From NCBI GenBank assembly GCA_017616735.1, contig JAFZXP010000078.1:6630-70629 (forward strand): a stretch of DNA of 64,000 nucleotides. The letters run 5' to 3'. Below, in pieces: positions 35,148 to 45,500 of this stretch. The translations under genes and the position numbers were made by a program. The first letter of the stretch is position 1. Each line of letters opens with the position of its first letter. This DNA comes from Bacteroidales bacterium. GTDB taxonomy: Bacteria > Bacteroidota > Bacteroidia > Bacteroidales > F082. The notes below the pieces were generated by a model. It made no database searches, was not told the origin of the DNA, and saw only the letters and a program-made list of their open reading frames with translations.

Positions 35148-36920
35148 TCAATCTCCTCCCTGATACATCCTTGCAATCACATCCTTGTATTTGTCAAGGA
35201 TAACCGAGCGTTTCACCTTCAAGGTAGGGGTGAGAATGCCGTTAGCGGTACTCCACTCGTCAGCGAGGAACTTGAAGCGCTTGATCTTTTCAGTGTCACC
35301 GAAGAAAGCGTTAATCTTTTGAACCTCTTTCATCAGGCGGTCTTTCACCTCCTTCAGGTTGATCATTGCTTCGTTGGTCGTGAACTTTATCTCATGCTTT
35401 GCGCACCAATCCTTCAGGAATGAGAAGTCAGGGACTATCAAAGCCGCTGCGAATTTCTCGTTTTCGCCAATTACCACTACGTTTTCGAAGAATCCCGATT
35501 CGGTGAACTTGGTCTCAATCATATCAGGGTTGATATATTTTCCTAACGAGGTCTTGAAAAGGTTCTTCATGCGGCCTGTAATCTTGAAGTTGCCGTATTC
35601 GTTGACAGCTCCGAGGTCGCCTGTGTGGAACCAGCCGTCCTTGTCGATAACTTCGGCTGTGAGTTCAGGCTGTTTGTAATAGCCCATCATCACGTTGTGA
35701 CCGCGGCAGATAATCTCGCCGTTTTCAGCGATTTTCACCTCAACGCCTGGCAATGCGGGGCCGACAAATCCAGCTTCACGACCATGAGGCAGGTTGCAGC
35801 TGGTGCAGATAACAGGTGAGCATTCTGTCATACCGTAGCCTTCGTAAACAGGCATCTTGATGGCTGAGAAGAATGCTGAGATATTAGGCTGAATGCTAGC
35901 TGCTCCTGAAACGATGATATCGAAGCAATCGGCACCGAGTTTTTCGCGAATCTTGCTGTAAACAAGCTTGTCGGCAAGCTTCAGTTTCTGGTTATAGAAC
36001 CAGCTGCGTCCGTCGACGGTGTATTGCTCTGCAAGGTTCATGGCCCAGTAGAATATGTTCTTTGAGAGACCTTTCTGGCTCTGTCCAGATTGTCTTACCT
36101 TGAGGTAAATCTTTTCCAGCAGACGTGGCACGCATGTCATCATGGTAGGATGGATTTCCTTCATGTCGTTGGCAATGGTGGCGACGCTTTCGGCGTAATA
36201 AACCGACATTCCAAGATATTGATACAGATAGGTGAGTGTTCTCTCGTATGCGTGGCAAATTGGCAGGAAACTCAAAGCACGTGTTGAAGTAGGCGACGGA
36301 GTCTGGCGCAAATTCTCAATTTGACCGAGGATGTTTGCGTGTGAGAGCATCACACCCTTAGGAGTGCCTGTTGTGCCAGAGGTGTAAAGAATTGTGGCGC
36401 AATCTGTGCTCTTTACGGCGGCTTTGCGTCTTTCAAGCTCTTCGACATCCTGATTTTCACGGCCTAACTGAAGCAAATCAGCCCAGATAGGGTAGTCACC
36501 ACGTTTCACAAAGGTGTAGATCATCTTCAAAGACGGGATGTCGCCCATGATATCCTCGATTTTGTTCAAAACGCACAAACCCTCAACCATCACGAACTTG
36601 GCTTCGCTGTTGTTTATTACAACGCGGTAGTCTTCTTTGCTGATAGTTGGGTAGATTGGCACTGTGACAGCTCCAACCTGCTGGATGGCCATATCCATGA
36701 TGTTCCATTCAGGGCGGTTGCTGCTGATGATGGCGACTTTATCATCTTTTTGTATGCCTAATTTAATGAGAGCATAGCTTATTATGTTGGTCGTCTCGAC
36801 ATATTCCTTGATGCTGTATTTGTGCCACTGGCCGTTTTCTTTCTTGGCGAGGGCAATTTGCTGATCGGGGTGCTTTTGCAGATAAGTTGTCAGAATGTCA
36901 AAAATGCGTTTTTCTTCCAT
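35148..36920 (-). CDS. Long-chain fatty acid-CoA ligase (AMP-forming)
   Basis: AMP-binding motif ILYTSGTTGTPKGVMLSH, then YGMTE and GWFHTGDLG. 590 aa. Confidence 0.85.
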   Translation of the reverse strand: MEEKRIFDILTTYLQKHPDQQIALAKKENGQWHKYSIKEYVETTNIISYALIKLGIQKDDKVAIISSNRPEWNIMDMAIQQVGAVTVPIYPTISKEDYRVVINNSEAKFVMVEGLCVLNKIEDIMGDIPSLKMIYTFVKRGDYPIWADLLQLGRENQDVEELERRKAAVKSTDCATILYTSGTTGTPKGVMLSHANILGQIENLRQTPSPTSTRALSFLPICHAYERTLTYLYQYLGMSVYYAESVATIANDMKEIHPTMMTCVPRLLEKIYLKVRQSGQSQKGLSKNIFYWAMNLAEQYTVDGRSWFYNQKLKLADKLVYSKIREKLGADCFDIIVSGAASIQPNISAFFSAIKMPVYEGYGMTECSPVICTSCNLPHGREAGFVGPALPGVEVKIAENGEIICRGHNVMMGYYKQPELTAEVIDKDGWFHTGDLGAVNEYGNFKITGRMKNLFKTSLGKYINPDMIETKFTESGFFENVVVIGENEKFAAALIVPDFSFLKDWCAKHEIKFTTNEAMINLKEVKDRLMKEVQKINAFFGDTEKIKRFKFLADEWSTANGILTPTLKVKRSVILDKYKDVIARMYQGGD

Positions 36921-36942
36921 TTTGCCTTGTTTTTCAACGCCG

Positions 36943-36950
36943 CAAAATTA
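36943..36950 (-). promoter_or_regulatory. Candidate -7 box TAATTTTG for the fadD-like gene
   Basis: 22 nt upstream of ATG 36920 (minus sense). Confidence 0.45.
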
Positions 36951-36978
36951 TATATAAATATAACCCAATAAAATAATT

Positions 36979-37127
36979 GTGGTGAATGGGGTGAAAAATG
37001 GGTTGAATATGCCCTTTTTAGGGGTAAAACACGCCGATTTAGGGGTGAATGAAAATTTTTGTTAATCCTATTGGTGCTCAAAATGCCCAATTCAGGGGTT
37101 AGATGAATGCTGTTGTGGGGTGAAAAT
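36979..37127. repeat. Cluster of seven GGGGTGAA-like motifs (minus sense TTCACCCC)
   Basis: GTGGTGAAT 36979, GGGGTGAAAA 36988, GGGTTGAAT 37000, AGGGGTAAAA 37020, AGGGGTGAAT 37041, CAGGGGTTAGATGAAT 37093, GGGGTGAAAA 37117. Lies between the nqrF stop and the fadD-like promoter. Confidence 0.75.
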
Positions 37128-38371
37128 TAAGCACCAAAATCGTCAAATATGATGTTTTCTTTAGGCACGCCCAAGCTGTCGAGCATGGCCAATACCGACT
37201 GTGTCATCATTGGTGGTCCGCAGAGGTAGTACTCTATTTCCTCTGGTTCGGGATGATTCTTGAGATAATTCTCGAACAAGACCTCGTGTATGTTGCCCAC
37301 ATAACCCTCCCAGTTGTCTTCCGGTAGCGGAGTCGACAACGCGATGTTGAAACTGAAGTTCGGATTATCGGCCTCAATCTGCTTGAAGTCGTCGATATAG
37401 AACAATTCCCGCAACGAACGTCCACCATACCAGAATGAGGCTTTTCGTGTGGTGTGACGTGTAAGGAATTGGTCGAGTATGTGCGAACGCATCGGTGCCA
37501 TTCCGGCGCCTCCGCCAATAAACACCATTTCGTGATCGGTGTCTTTGATGTGGAACTCGCCGTAAGGACCGCTCATTGTAATTTTATCACCAGGTTTCAA
37601 TGAGTATATATATGATGAGCAAACGCCCGGATTTACTTTCATAAAGCCGCCGTTTTTCTTGTCGAAAGGAGGCGTGGCTATACGAACATTGAGCTTGATG
37701 ATGGTGTCTTCGGCAGGATAGCTGGCCATTGAATATGCCCTGAATTGTGGCTCGGTGTTCTTCATCACAAGATCGAACATATGGAACTTTTCCCAATCGG
37801 CACGATATTGCTCGTCGACATCAATGTCTTTGTATTTAATAGTAATCTTAGGCACATCAATCTGAATGTAGCCTCCGGATTGAAATTTGAGATGCTCGCC
37901 TTCTGGTAGCTTGACTACCAGCTCTTTGATAAATGTCGCTATATTGCGGTTGCTTACAACCTCGCATTCCCATTTCTTGATGCCGAAAATTTGCGGATTT
38001 ATATGAATTTTAAGGTTTTCACGCACTTTGACCTGACAGCCCAGCCGCCAGTGCTCCATCTGTTCTTTGCGGCTGAAAAAGCCCTTTTCGGTGGGTAAAA
38101 TGGCACCTCCGCCATCCAGCACCTGACAAAGGCACATACCACAGTTGCCCTTGCCGCCACATGCCGAAGGAAGGAATATCTGCTGGTCGGCCAGACTTTG
38201 CAAAAGAGTGCCTCCTGGAGCTACCTCCAAATGCCTTTCGTCGTTGATGTCAATCGTAACTTTTCCTTGAGGAGTAAGCTTTTTCCGAACAAAAATCAAG
38301 ACCGTTACCGGAATCAAAATCGCGATAAGAAATACTGCAACGCTGAGTAATATGATAGATGTGCTGCTCAT
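37127..38371 (-). CDS. nqrF: Na+-translocating NADH:quinone reductase subunit F
   Basis: N-terminal helix, 2Fe-2S motif CGGKGNCGMC, FAD/NAD(P)-binding domain (RAYSMAS, FIGGGAGMAPM). Confidence 0.95.
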   Translation of the reverse strand: MSSTSIILLSVAVFLIAILIPVTVLIFVRKKLTPQGKVTIDINDERHLEVAPGGTLLQSLADQQIFLPSACGGKGNCGMCLCQVLDGGGAILPTEKGFFSRKEQMEHWRLGCQVKVRENLKIHINPQIFGIKKWECEVVSNRNIATFIKELVVKLPEGEHLKFQSGGYIQIDVPKITIKYKDIDVDEQYRADWEKFHMFDLVMKNTEPQFRAYSMASYPAEDTIIKLNVRIATPPFDKKNGGFMKVNPGVCSSYIYSLKPGDKITMSGPYGEFHIKDTDHEMVFIGGGAGMAPMRSHILDQFLTRHTTRKASFWYGGRSLRELFYIDDFKQIEADNPNFSFNIALSTPLPEDNWEGYVGNIHEVLFENYLKNHPEPEEIEYYLCGPPMMTQSVLAMLDSLGVPKENIIFDDFGA

Positions 38372-38992
38372 TTAGCTGAAACTTATTCCAAGGAAAGCCA
38401 TGAATGCTATTCCCATTAAACCTGTGATAATGAATGCTATACCTGTGCCTTGAAGACGTCTTGGTATCTTTGAGTATCTGATTTTCTCCCTGATTGCGGC
38501 TATGCCGACTATGGCGAGCAGCCAGCCTAGGCCCGAGCCTAATCCGTATGCTACCGACTGACCCACCGAGCTGAAATTCTTTTCCTGCATAAAAAGGCTG
38601 GCGCCTAAAATCGCACAGTTGACAGCTATCAACGGCAGAAAGATGCCCAACGAATTGTATAAAGCCGGGCTGTATTTTTCAATTACCATCTCCAGAATCT
38701 GAACTATCACAGCAATTATTGCGATAAAGAGAATAAAGGTGAGAAAATCAAGCGAGACATCGGCAAATGCAGGATTCAGCCACGACAAAGCGCCTGCCGA
38801 AAGTACATATTTGTCCAAAAGATAGTTGACCGGCACTGTTATCAGCAGCACCACAGTAACCGCCACGCCCAGTCCGAATGAAGTCTTCACGTTCTTTGAA
38901 ACCGCCAGGAATGAACACATACCCAGGAAGTAGGCGAAAACCATGTTGTCGATGAAAATCGAACGGAAGAATATGCCCATTGCGTCCATCAT
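38372..38992 (-). CDS. nqrE: Na+-translocating NADH:quinone reductase subunit E
   Basis: RnfA/NqrE-type 6-helix protein ([17 protein letters not shown]). Position in the nqrABCDEF order. Confidence 0.9.
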   Translation of the reverse strand: MMDAMGIFFRSIFIDNMVFAYFLGMCSFLAVSKNVKTSFGLGVAVTVVLLITVPVNYLLDKYVLSAGALSWLNPAFADVSLDFLTFILFIAIIAVIVQILEMVIEKYSPALYNSLGIFLPLIAVNCAILGASLFMQEKNFSSVGQSVAYGLGSGLGWLLAIVGIAAIREKIRYSKIPRRLQGTGIAFIITGLMGIAFMAFLGISFS

Positions 38993-39606
38993 TTGCTATC
39001 CTCCTCAGGCTTTTGCAGCCAGATGATTATTCCTATGATTATCAGCGCCATAGGTGGTAAAATCATAAGGCCGTTGTTAATATATCCGAAATCGTACAAG
39101 CCTTGCGGTATCACTTGATAGCCAAGCAAGGTTCCCGAGCCGAACAGCTCACGGAAAAACGCCACGATGACGAGTATTGATCCATATCCAAGCCCATTGC
39201 CGATGCCGTCGAGCAGCGACTCCAAAGGCTTGTGGCCCATGGCAAAGGCTTCCAAACGGCCCATCACTATGCAATTGGTGATGATAAGCCCCACAAACAC
39301 TGACAGCTGCTTGCTGACATCATACATGAAGGCTTTCAAAAACTGGTCGACCAATATCACCAAAGTGGCTACTACTATCAACTGCACAATGATGCGTATT
39401 TTTGAAGGTATACCTTTGCGCAGCAATGAGATTATCAGGTTTGACAAAGCTGTCACCACGGTGACTGAAAGCGCCATCACTATGGCTGGCTTGAGCTTGG
39501 CCGTAACAGCCAATGCCGAGCAAATGCCCAGAATCAACACTGTGACCGGGTTGGCTTTGCTGAGAGGAGCCGTTATCAAGTTTATAGTCTTACTCATTGC
39601 CTTCAA
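38989..39606 (-). CDS. nqrD: Na+-translocating NADH:quinone reductase subunit D
   Basis: RnfE/NqrD-type membrane protein ([17 protein letters not shown]). Operon position. Confidence 0.9.
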   Translation of the reverse strand: MKAMSKTINLITAPLSKANPVTVLILGICSALAVTAKLKPAIVMALSVTVVTALSNLIISLLRKGIPSKIRIIVQLIVVATLVILVDQFLKAFMYDVSKQLSVFVGLIITNCIVMGRLEAFAMGHKPLESLLDGIGNGLGYGSILVIVAFFRELFGSGTLLGYQVIPQGLYDFGYINNGLMILPPMALIIIGIIIWLQKPEEDSK

Positions 39607-40147
39607 GATATGGTAAATATAACTTCAATGTCTGATCAATCATCTTTTCGATGCCAACCGAGGTGCGAGTGGCGCCGGTAATGGCATCAACCTCAAGGCT
39701 AACGTTATTGTTGTTGAGCTGCAATTGTTTGCCTTTATATTGTGATTGATAATAATCAGTTGTGATTTCAGCACCCAAGCCCGGAGTCTCGGATTTGTGG
39801 TCAAAAACAGCGCCAGTGACAGTCTTGCCGTCGGCTGCTATGCCGATGTATCCCCAAATCGGGCCCCACAGTCCATTGCCCTTCATCGGGATTACGGTAA
39901 TCTGATTATCAATTGTATACATAGGAAGTTCGCCTCCCACCACCGAGGTGCAGTGCTGCTTGAAAAGCTGCTCCACGTTGTCGCTGTTAACTTCTGTGAT
40001 GCCGGCAGCCTTCAAGATGCTGACACGTTTCTCGTTTTCCTGATTTCTGTGTTGATAAGGCTGTAGCCACATTGCCGCGGCAGAGAGCAGCACCGACACT
40101 ATTGCCACCAGAATGATTATGTAACGGAAAATGTAACGGTCGCTCAT
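39590..40147 (-). CDS. nqrC: Na+-translocating NADH:quinone reductase subunit C
   Basis: Single N-terminal helix plus FMN-attachment motif [10 protein letters not shown]. Operon position. Shorter (185 aa) than the proteobacterial NqrC I recall. Confidence 0.85.
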   Translation of the reverse strand: MSDRYIFRYIIILVAIVSVLLSAAAMWLQPYQHRNQENEKRVSILKAAGITEVNSDNVEQLFKQHCTSVVGGELPMYTIDNQITVIPMKGNGLWGPIWGYIGIAADGKTVTGAVFDHKSETPGLGAEITTDYYQSQYKGKQLQLNNNNVSLEVDAITGATRTSVGIEKMIDQTLKLYLPYLEGNE

Positions 40148-41277
40148 TTGTCACTCCTTTCTGCTGCAGCCCAGCGTTTTTTGCGTTTACGTATGTTGCA
40201 TGCCACAACGCACCAGTCAATCAGCGGAGCAAACACGTTGAGTAGCAATATGGCCAACATCATGCCTTCGGGATAGCCAGGATTTGCTACACGTATCAGT
40301 ATCGCTATTGCTCCAATCAGGAAACCGTATATCCATTTGCCGATATTGGTTTGAGCCGCTGTCACGGGATCGGTGGCCATAAAGAATGTGCCGAACATGA
40401 AACCGCCCATCAGCAGATGGTAATAGAATGGTATGTCGGAAATTAGCAAACTCATCGATATTGCGCCGATGAAGGTTGCGACTATTATTCTTAAACTTGC
40501 TATGCCACTGATAATCAAAAATATACCACCTATCAAGACGGCAATTTTAGATGTCTCGCCAATGCTTCCGGAAATTGTGCCTATGAACATATCCGAAAGG
40601 CTGGGCAAGTCGTTGACACTGCCACCGTTAAAGATTGTCCCAAGTGGTGTGGCTCCGCTGTATGCATCAGCTTTATCGGCTATCCACACATTGTCGCCTG
40701 TCATCTTTGAGGGGTATGAGAAGAACAGAAATGCTCTTGCCAGCAATGCAGGGTTCACCACATTCATGCCGCTGCCGCCAAACACCTCTTTGCCAATGAT
40801 TACCGCAAAAGCTACGGCTAGTGCCAACATCCACAGAGGCACATCAACGGGCATGATTAGCGGAATCAAAAAACCCGTCACAAAATAGCCTTCATTGACA
40901 GGCTCTTTGCGTATTTCGGCGAATGTGAACTCAATGACCAAGCCTACTACGTAGCTGACCAGATACAAAGGTATGATTCTCAGCAAGCCGTAACCGATTG
41001 TCTGCCAGAATGTTGCATCGGCACCAAGCGAAAGAAAATGCTGATAGCCAATGTTCCATGTTCCGAACAGGAAGCATGGGATAAGGGCGAAAACAACTGA
41101 TATCAGCGAATGTTTCATATCGTTGGCGTCGCGTATGTGGGCTCCGTTGACGGTTACAGTGTCGGGAGTGTACAAAAAAGTCTCAAACGCCTCAAAAGTT
41201 GAGTGATATTTGGCAAATTTGCCTCCAGCCTCGAAGTTTGGCTTGATTTTATCGATATAATTCCTCAATCCCATCAA
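40144..41277 (-). CDS. nqrB: Na+-translocating NADH:quinone reductase subunit B
   Basis: RnfD/NqrB-type polytopic protein with FMN-attachment motif YSGATPLG. Operon position. Confidence 0.9.
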   Translation of the reverse strand: MMGLRNYIDKIKPNFEAGGKFAKYHSTFEAFETFLYTPDTVTVNGAHIRDANDMKHSLISVVFALIPCFLFGTWNIGYQHFLSLGADATFWQTIGYGLLRIIPLYLVSYVVGLVIEFTFAEIRKEPVNEGYFVTGFLIPLIMPVDVPLWMLALAVAFAVIIGKEVFGGSGMNVVNPALLARAFLFFSYPSKMTGDNVWIADKADAYSGATPLGTIFNGGSVNDLPSLSDMFIGTISGSIGETSKIAVLIGGIFLIISGIASLRIIVATFIGAISMSLLISDIPFYYHLLMGGFMFGTFFMATDPVTAAQTNIGKWIYGFLIGAIAILIRVANPGYPEGMMLAILLLNVFAPLIDWCVVACNIRKRKKRWAAAERSDK

Positions 41278-42557
41278 TTAGTCTCCTTTCTGATAAATTC
41301 AAGCCCTTCACGTATTATTTGCTGTATCGGGGTCTTTGACGGATCAATGACCTCGCACAAGGCAAAGTCTTCGGCATCAACCTCGTATATGCCAAGTTCC
41401 TCCATCTGGTCGATATCTTTGATAAGACACGCTTTGATAAGCTGCATTGGGTATATGTCGAATGGAAACACCTTCTCAAATTGACCTGTCATGATGTAAG
41501 GACGTGTGTCGCCATTGGTATTGGTATCGGTAAAACGCTTGAAAACAGGGCGTAGCCAACCGAAAAGCTTGTGCTTGTTGCCTTCGGGTATCACCGTTAT
41601 CTGATTATCGTAAAACCCCAGAAATCCGTCGTTTGTTATGTTGCTGCCGGTCAGCACGTTGCCGCTGATTATACGGGAGTTATCCTCAGTTTCCAAAACA
41701 GGAGTGAGGCAGGCGCCTATGCGGGTTTGATAGTAATGCCGATTGTGTACGGCCGATCCGGTTGTGGCGATAATCCGGCTGCTGTCGTAGCGTCCTGTGA
41801 GGAACAGTTTACCTATTGTGACTACATCCCGAGGGTAGCAATACCACACGACTTCGCCTTTGTTTATTGGTGACAGCGCATTTATCTGTGTTCCGACATT
41901 GCCGGCGGGATGCGGACCGCTGAATTCGGTAATCACCACGTTTTTTGCATCTGTAGAGACGCGCCATGGCACGTCTTTGCAAACGTTGATATAAACGTTG
42001 CCCTCAGTCAATTTCGAAAGCACATTGATTCCCTCAATCAACGCATCGTACTGGTTTTCAATGATAAAACCGCAATCTGGCGCCAACGGAGCCGTGTCGA
42101 ACATCGAAACGAAAATGTGTTTCGGCTTGTCGTCGGGGTTGGCTATTGTCGCATACGGACGCTGACGCATCATTGGCCAGACGCCACTTTGCAACATCTT
42201 GTCAATCAGTTTATTGCGTGACAAATCCAGAGGATTGGCAGCGGCAAAATCAATGCTGTCGTTTTTGCCGTCAGATTCAATCACAACACGCAGAATAGCT
42301 CTTTTTTCACCTCTTACTATGGCTTTCACCTTGCCTGAAACAGGGGAGGTGAAAACAACTTTCTCGTTATTTTTATCGTGAAACAGCACACTGCCAGTTT
42401 TTACCTCGTCACCTTCGGCCACATGCATTTTGGGCAAAACACCGATAAAATCGGTGGGTTTCACCGCACACAAGCTTGGCTCGAAACTTTCAGTCTGTTT
42501 CGTGGCCTCACCCTTTAAATGTATGTCCCAGCCTTTTCTTATCTTGATTTTATCCAT
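41274..42557 (-). CDS. nqrA: Na+-translocating NADH:quinone reductase subunit A
   Basis: Typical NqrA N-terminus MDKIKIRKGWDIHLKGEA if started at ATG 42557. The ORF-track start 42605 adds 16 atypical residues inside the upstream gene. 4-nt overlap with nqrB. Confidence 0.9.
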   Translation of the reverse strand: MDKIKIRKGWDIHLKGEATKQTESFEPSLCAVKPTDFIGVLPKMHVAEGDEVKTGSVLFHDKNNEKVVFTSPVSGKVKAIVRGEKRAILRVVIESDGKNDSIDFAAANPLDLSRNKLIDKMLQSGVWPMMRQRPYATIANPDDKPKHIFVSMFDTAPLAPDCGFIIENQYDALIEGINVLSKLTEGNVYINVCKDVPWRVSTDAKNVVITEFSGPHPAGNVGTQINALSPINKGEVVWYCYPRDVVTIGKLFLTGRYDSSRIIATTGSAVHNRHYYQTRIGACLTPVLETEDNSRIISGNVLTGSNITNDGFLGFYDNQITVIPEGNKHKLFGWLRPVFKRFTDTNTNGDTRPYIMTGQFEKVFPFDIYPMQLIKACLIKDIDQMEELGIYEVDAEDFALCEVIDPSKTPIQQIIREGLEFIRKETN

Positions 42558-45500
42558 TTTCCTGTTGTGCTGTCTGCTTTCCAGAAATAAATTCCCGAGC
42601 TCCAATTTTCAGTATTGATAGTTGTTGATATACAGTTCAACTCTTTCTCGAGTATCATTCTACCTTGAAAATCAAAGATTTGTATCTTCGTTAGATTGTC
42701 GCCGGATGTGATGATGTTCAACTGGTCGGCGCCAGGATTCGGATACACCGTAACCTGATTGTTCTCATCGTAATTTTCATCTACATCGTAGATTTCAACA
42801 TGCATCGGAGGCAGTTTGATAAGGTCGATAGAGGCTGAACCTTCCGGCGCATTGCTTTTACGCGTAAAAGTAAAAATGATAAGGTTTTTGCCACTAGGTA
42901 TCTGATGCTCGAATAGCTGCCATTCCGGGCCACCGTCAAGAGTGAAGTGGTTGGTGTTGATCTGCAATGTAAAAACATCATCGCTGTTGACTGAGCCTTT
43001 GTAATAGAACGAGAATACGTCGCTTATTTCGGCTTCGACACCTAAGGCGAGTCGTGATTTCTTACTTGATGAAATGGATGTGGCTGTAAAGCAATAATCG
43101 CCTTCGTAAGGGTCGATGCTGTCTCTGACCCATGGACAATTGCTGTTGTTAGCCCATTCAAACAGAGGGTTAAGCGCTTCAGCTTCAAAATCTTCAGTGC
43201 TGTTGCCAAGAGGTAACTCGGAATTATACTCGATTTGATAACCGTTTGACACAACCTTTACATAATCGCCAATGATTGCGCCGGCAGGAGCGTCATCAAG
43301 CACTCTTAACACAAATGTGACGTCTACGCTGTCGTTTGCCCCGATGTTGTCGACGTCAACTATATAATTATCATAATCAAAGACAGGCGCTTCCAGAAGC
43401 AGTATGCTGCGCACGGCATCGCTGACGCTGTGACCGCTGTTTTTGACGGTATAAGTCAGCTTGGCCTTCTCAGAACGATACAAACGGTCGATTATGTTGT
43501 CATTCATGTCTCTGATTACTCGGTTAGTGACTTCAAATACAGGGGCGTTGACAATCAAGCTGAATTTATCGGTAAAAGTGATGTTGCCGTCTGTCATTGT
43601 CAGATGGAACCAAATATTGGTTTGATCGGGCACACCGTCTATGACATGAATGCTGAATGCATCGGTTTTGTTGACTATCTCGTCGGGGCTCAAAGCGTCG
43701 TAAGTGGCGGTTGAGGAGATAATATCCACGTAAGGCGAATCGGTTGTAAGCTCGACGTTGACATTTTGGATATGGTCGAAGCCAACGTTGTGAATGGCTA
43801 CATCCAAAGAGGCGTCTTCGTTGAAGTCAAGCTGTCCGTTCTGGTCGGCGTCGTTTACTTCACAGCTGCTGAAGATAAGATATGGCCCGGTGGTCGGTAT
43901 AACAGCAATCTTGCGTGAATACCTGTAATAATTCTGTTTAGTGACAGTTAAAACCACCTCGTTGCCAACTTCCTGCGGAGTGATCGATAATGTTTGAGGC
44001 TGACCGGTCGCCAAGTCCAGACCTATGATTTCGCCATTGTGTGTCAGACAGATTGTCGCATTTTCAGTGGCTGTAATCTGGTATTGAACAGATCCTTCCA
44101 CTATCACCGGAAGCATGGTTACTTCAAGCTCCTGAGGCATTTCTGAATAGAGATTCATGTAAACATCGCCGTGATGGTGGAAGAGGTAATATGTGATTTC
44201 ACGCCCGTCGCCCCACGAAATCCAATTGGACTGTTGCAGGTAGTATTTACCCGAGACATTGGCAAATGCCGGACGGATAAAGCCGGCAGGGTGGTCGGTG
44301 CCGTAAAGCGGCATGAAGTCTGACCACATATTGTCGTACATGCCCCATACATAAACGTCGTTGAGGAATGAATAAGACACTTGAGTTGCAGCTATTAAGC
44401 CGAGAGCGCCGTATTGATGACGATGGAAAGCTTCGGCAAAGCAACCGTTCTGACCGTTGTAGTTGAATCGTCCGGTCAGGCAATTGCAAGACATCACGTA
44501 TGTGAGATCGGGATTGGCCAAACGGTTGATGTAACCTATGTTGTACGAAGGCTCGCCCCATAATTCCTCCGAACCGTGGTCGCGGTGCTGAAGTATGAAA
44601 GATCCTTTGTTTATGTTATCGTTGATCGTGTTGCCTGAGCCGTCCCAGCTGGTCAGATGCGACATATGCTGAGGAATGTATCCCATGCCGCCTGGCCCGA
44701 AATAGTTGACAACAGAGTTGGTGTATTCGGCTGTCGACCATTGTGATCCCGGAGTGCCTTGATAAATGGCGTTGACCCTGACAGGCTCCTTCTCGAGCTC
44801 ATATTCGAAGAATCCGTTGATAATCTCCGAGCAAAGTTGGAACCAGCGATCAAGTTGGAATCCCATGGCTGTGATTGGTTTGTTGTAAAAACGCGGGTTG
44901 GTTGAAGGATGACGCTCGTATTGAAGGTCTTTATTGACCATGTGGTACAATTCTTCATAGTCGCGTCCGGTGATACGGCCCACCACCACGTCGGGGAGAT
45001 GGTCGTTGTCGACGCAACTGTATCTGTGGTCGGAGATGTAAGGATTGTATCCGTCACCACCTGGATGGTTGTTCATGGTGTAGGAGACTACGCCACGGGT
45101 GTTATCGCTTGAGTGGTCGCCGAGTATAAGCACTGCCGAAAGCGGGATGTCCCAATTGTTGTAGGCATTGATGATGTAGTTGCGGATAGCCACACCGTTG
45201 TTGCCACCGCATTCGCTGACAGTAACCACATCGGTGAGTATGCCTTGCTGATTGCGGAAAAGCTTGATTGAGTCGGCAATCTGCACAAATTGTTCGTTGT
45301 CGGGGGTGATGATAAGATATTCGCAGCCTTCGTCACCGCGAGCCACAGCCTCTCTGATAAACTGGCGGTAGTTGGCCTCGGGCAACATACTTTCGTTGAT
45401 AACCATGTCGCGTATGATATGATCCCATGCGTCGCTGCGGTAGCGTGTGTCGCCGCCGAAGGTGCCGTCACCGCCCTCAAAGTCGAGCTCCAGCTCTAAT

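Noticed and set aside
36890-37090. 66-aa minus-strand ORF spanning the fadD-like start and the GGGGTGAA motif cluster
   Set aside because: It overlaps the fadD-like start codon and its promoter box. Its repeated HSP/FSP residues simply translate the CACCCC motifs.
42558-42605. 16-codon upstream extension of nqrA (MELGNLFLESRQHNRK)
   Set aside because: NqrA proteins, as I recall, start with a short MxKIKxxKG-type sequence, which matches ATG 42557. The extension lies within the CTD-coding part of the upstream gene. The choice remains unverified.
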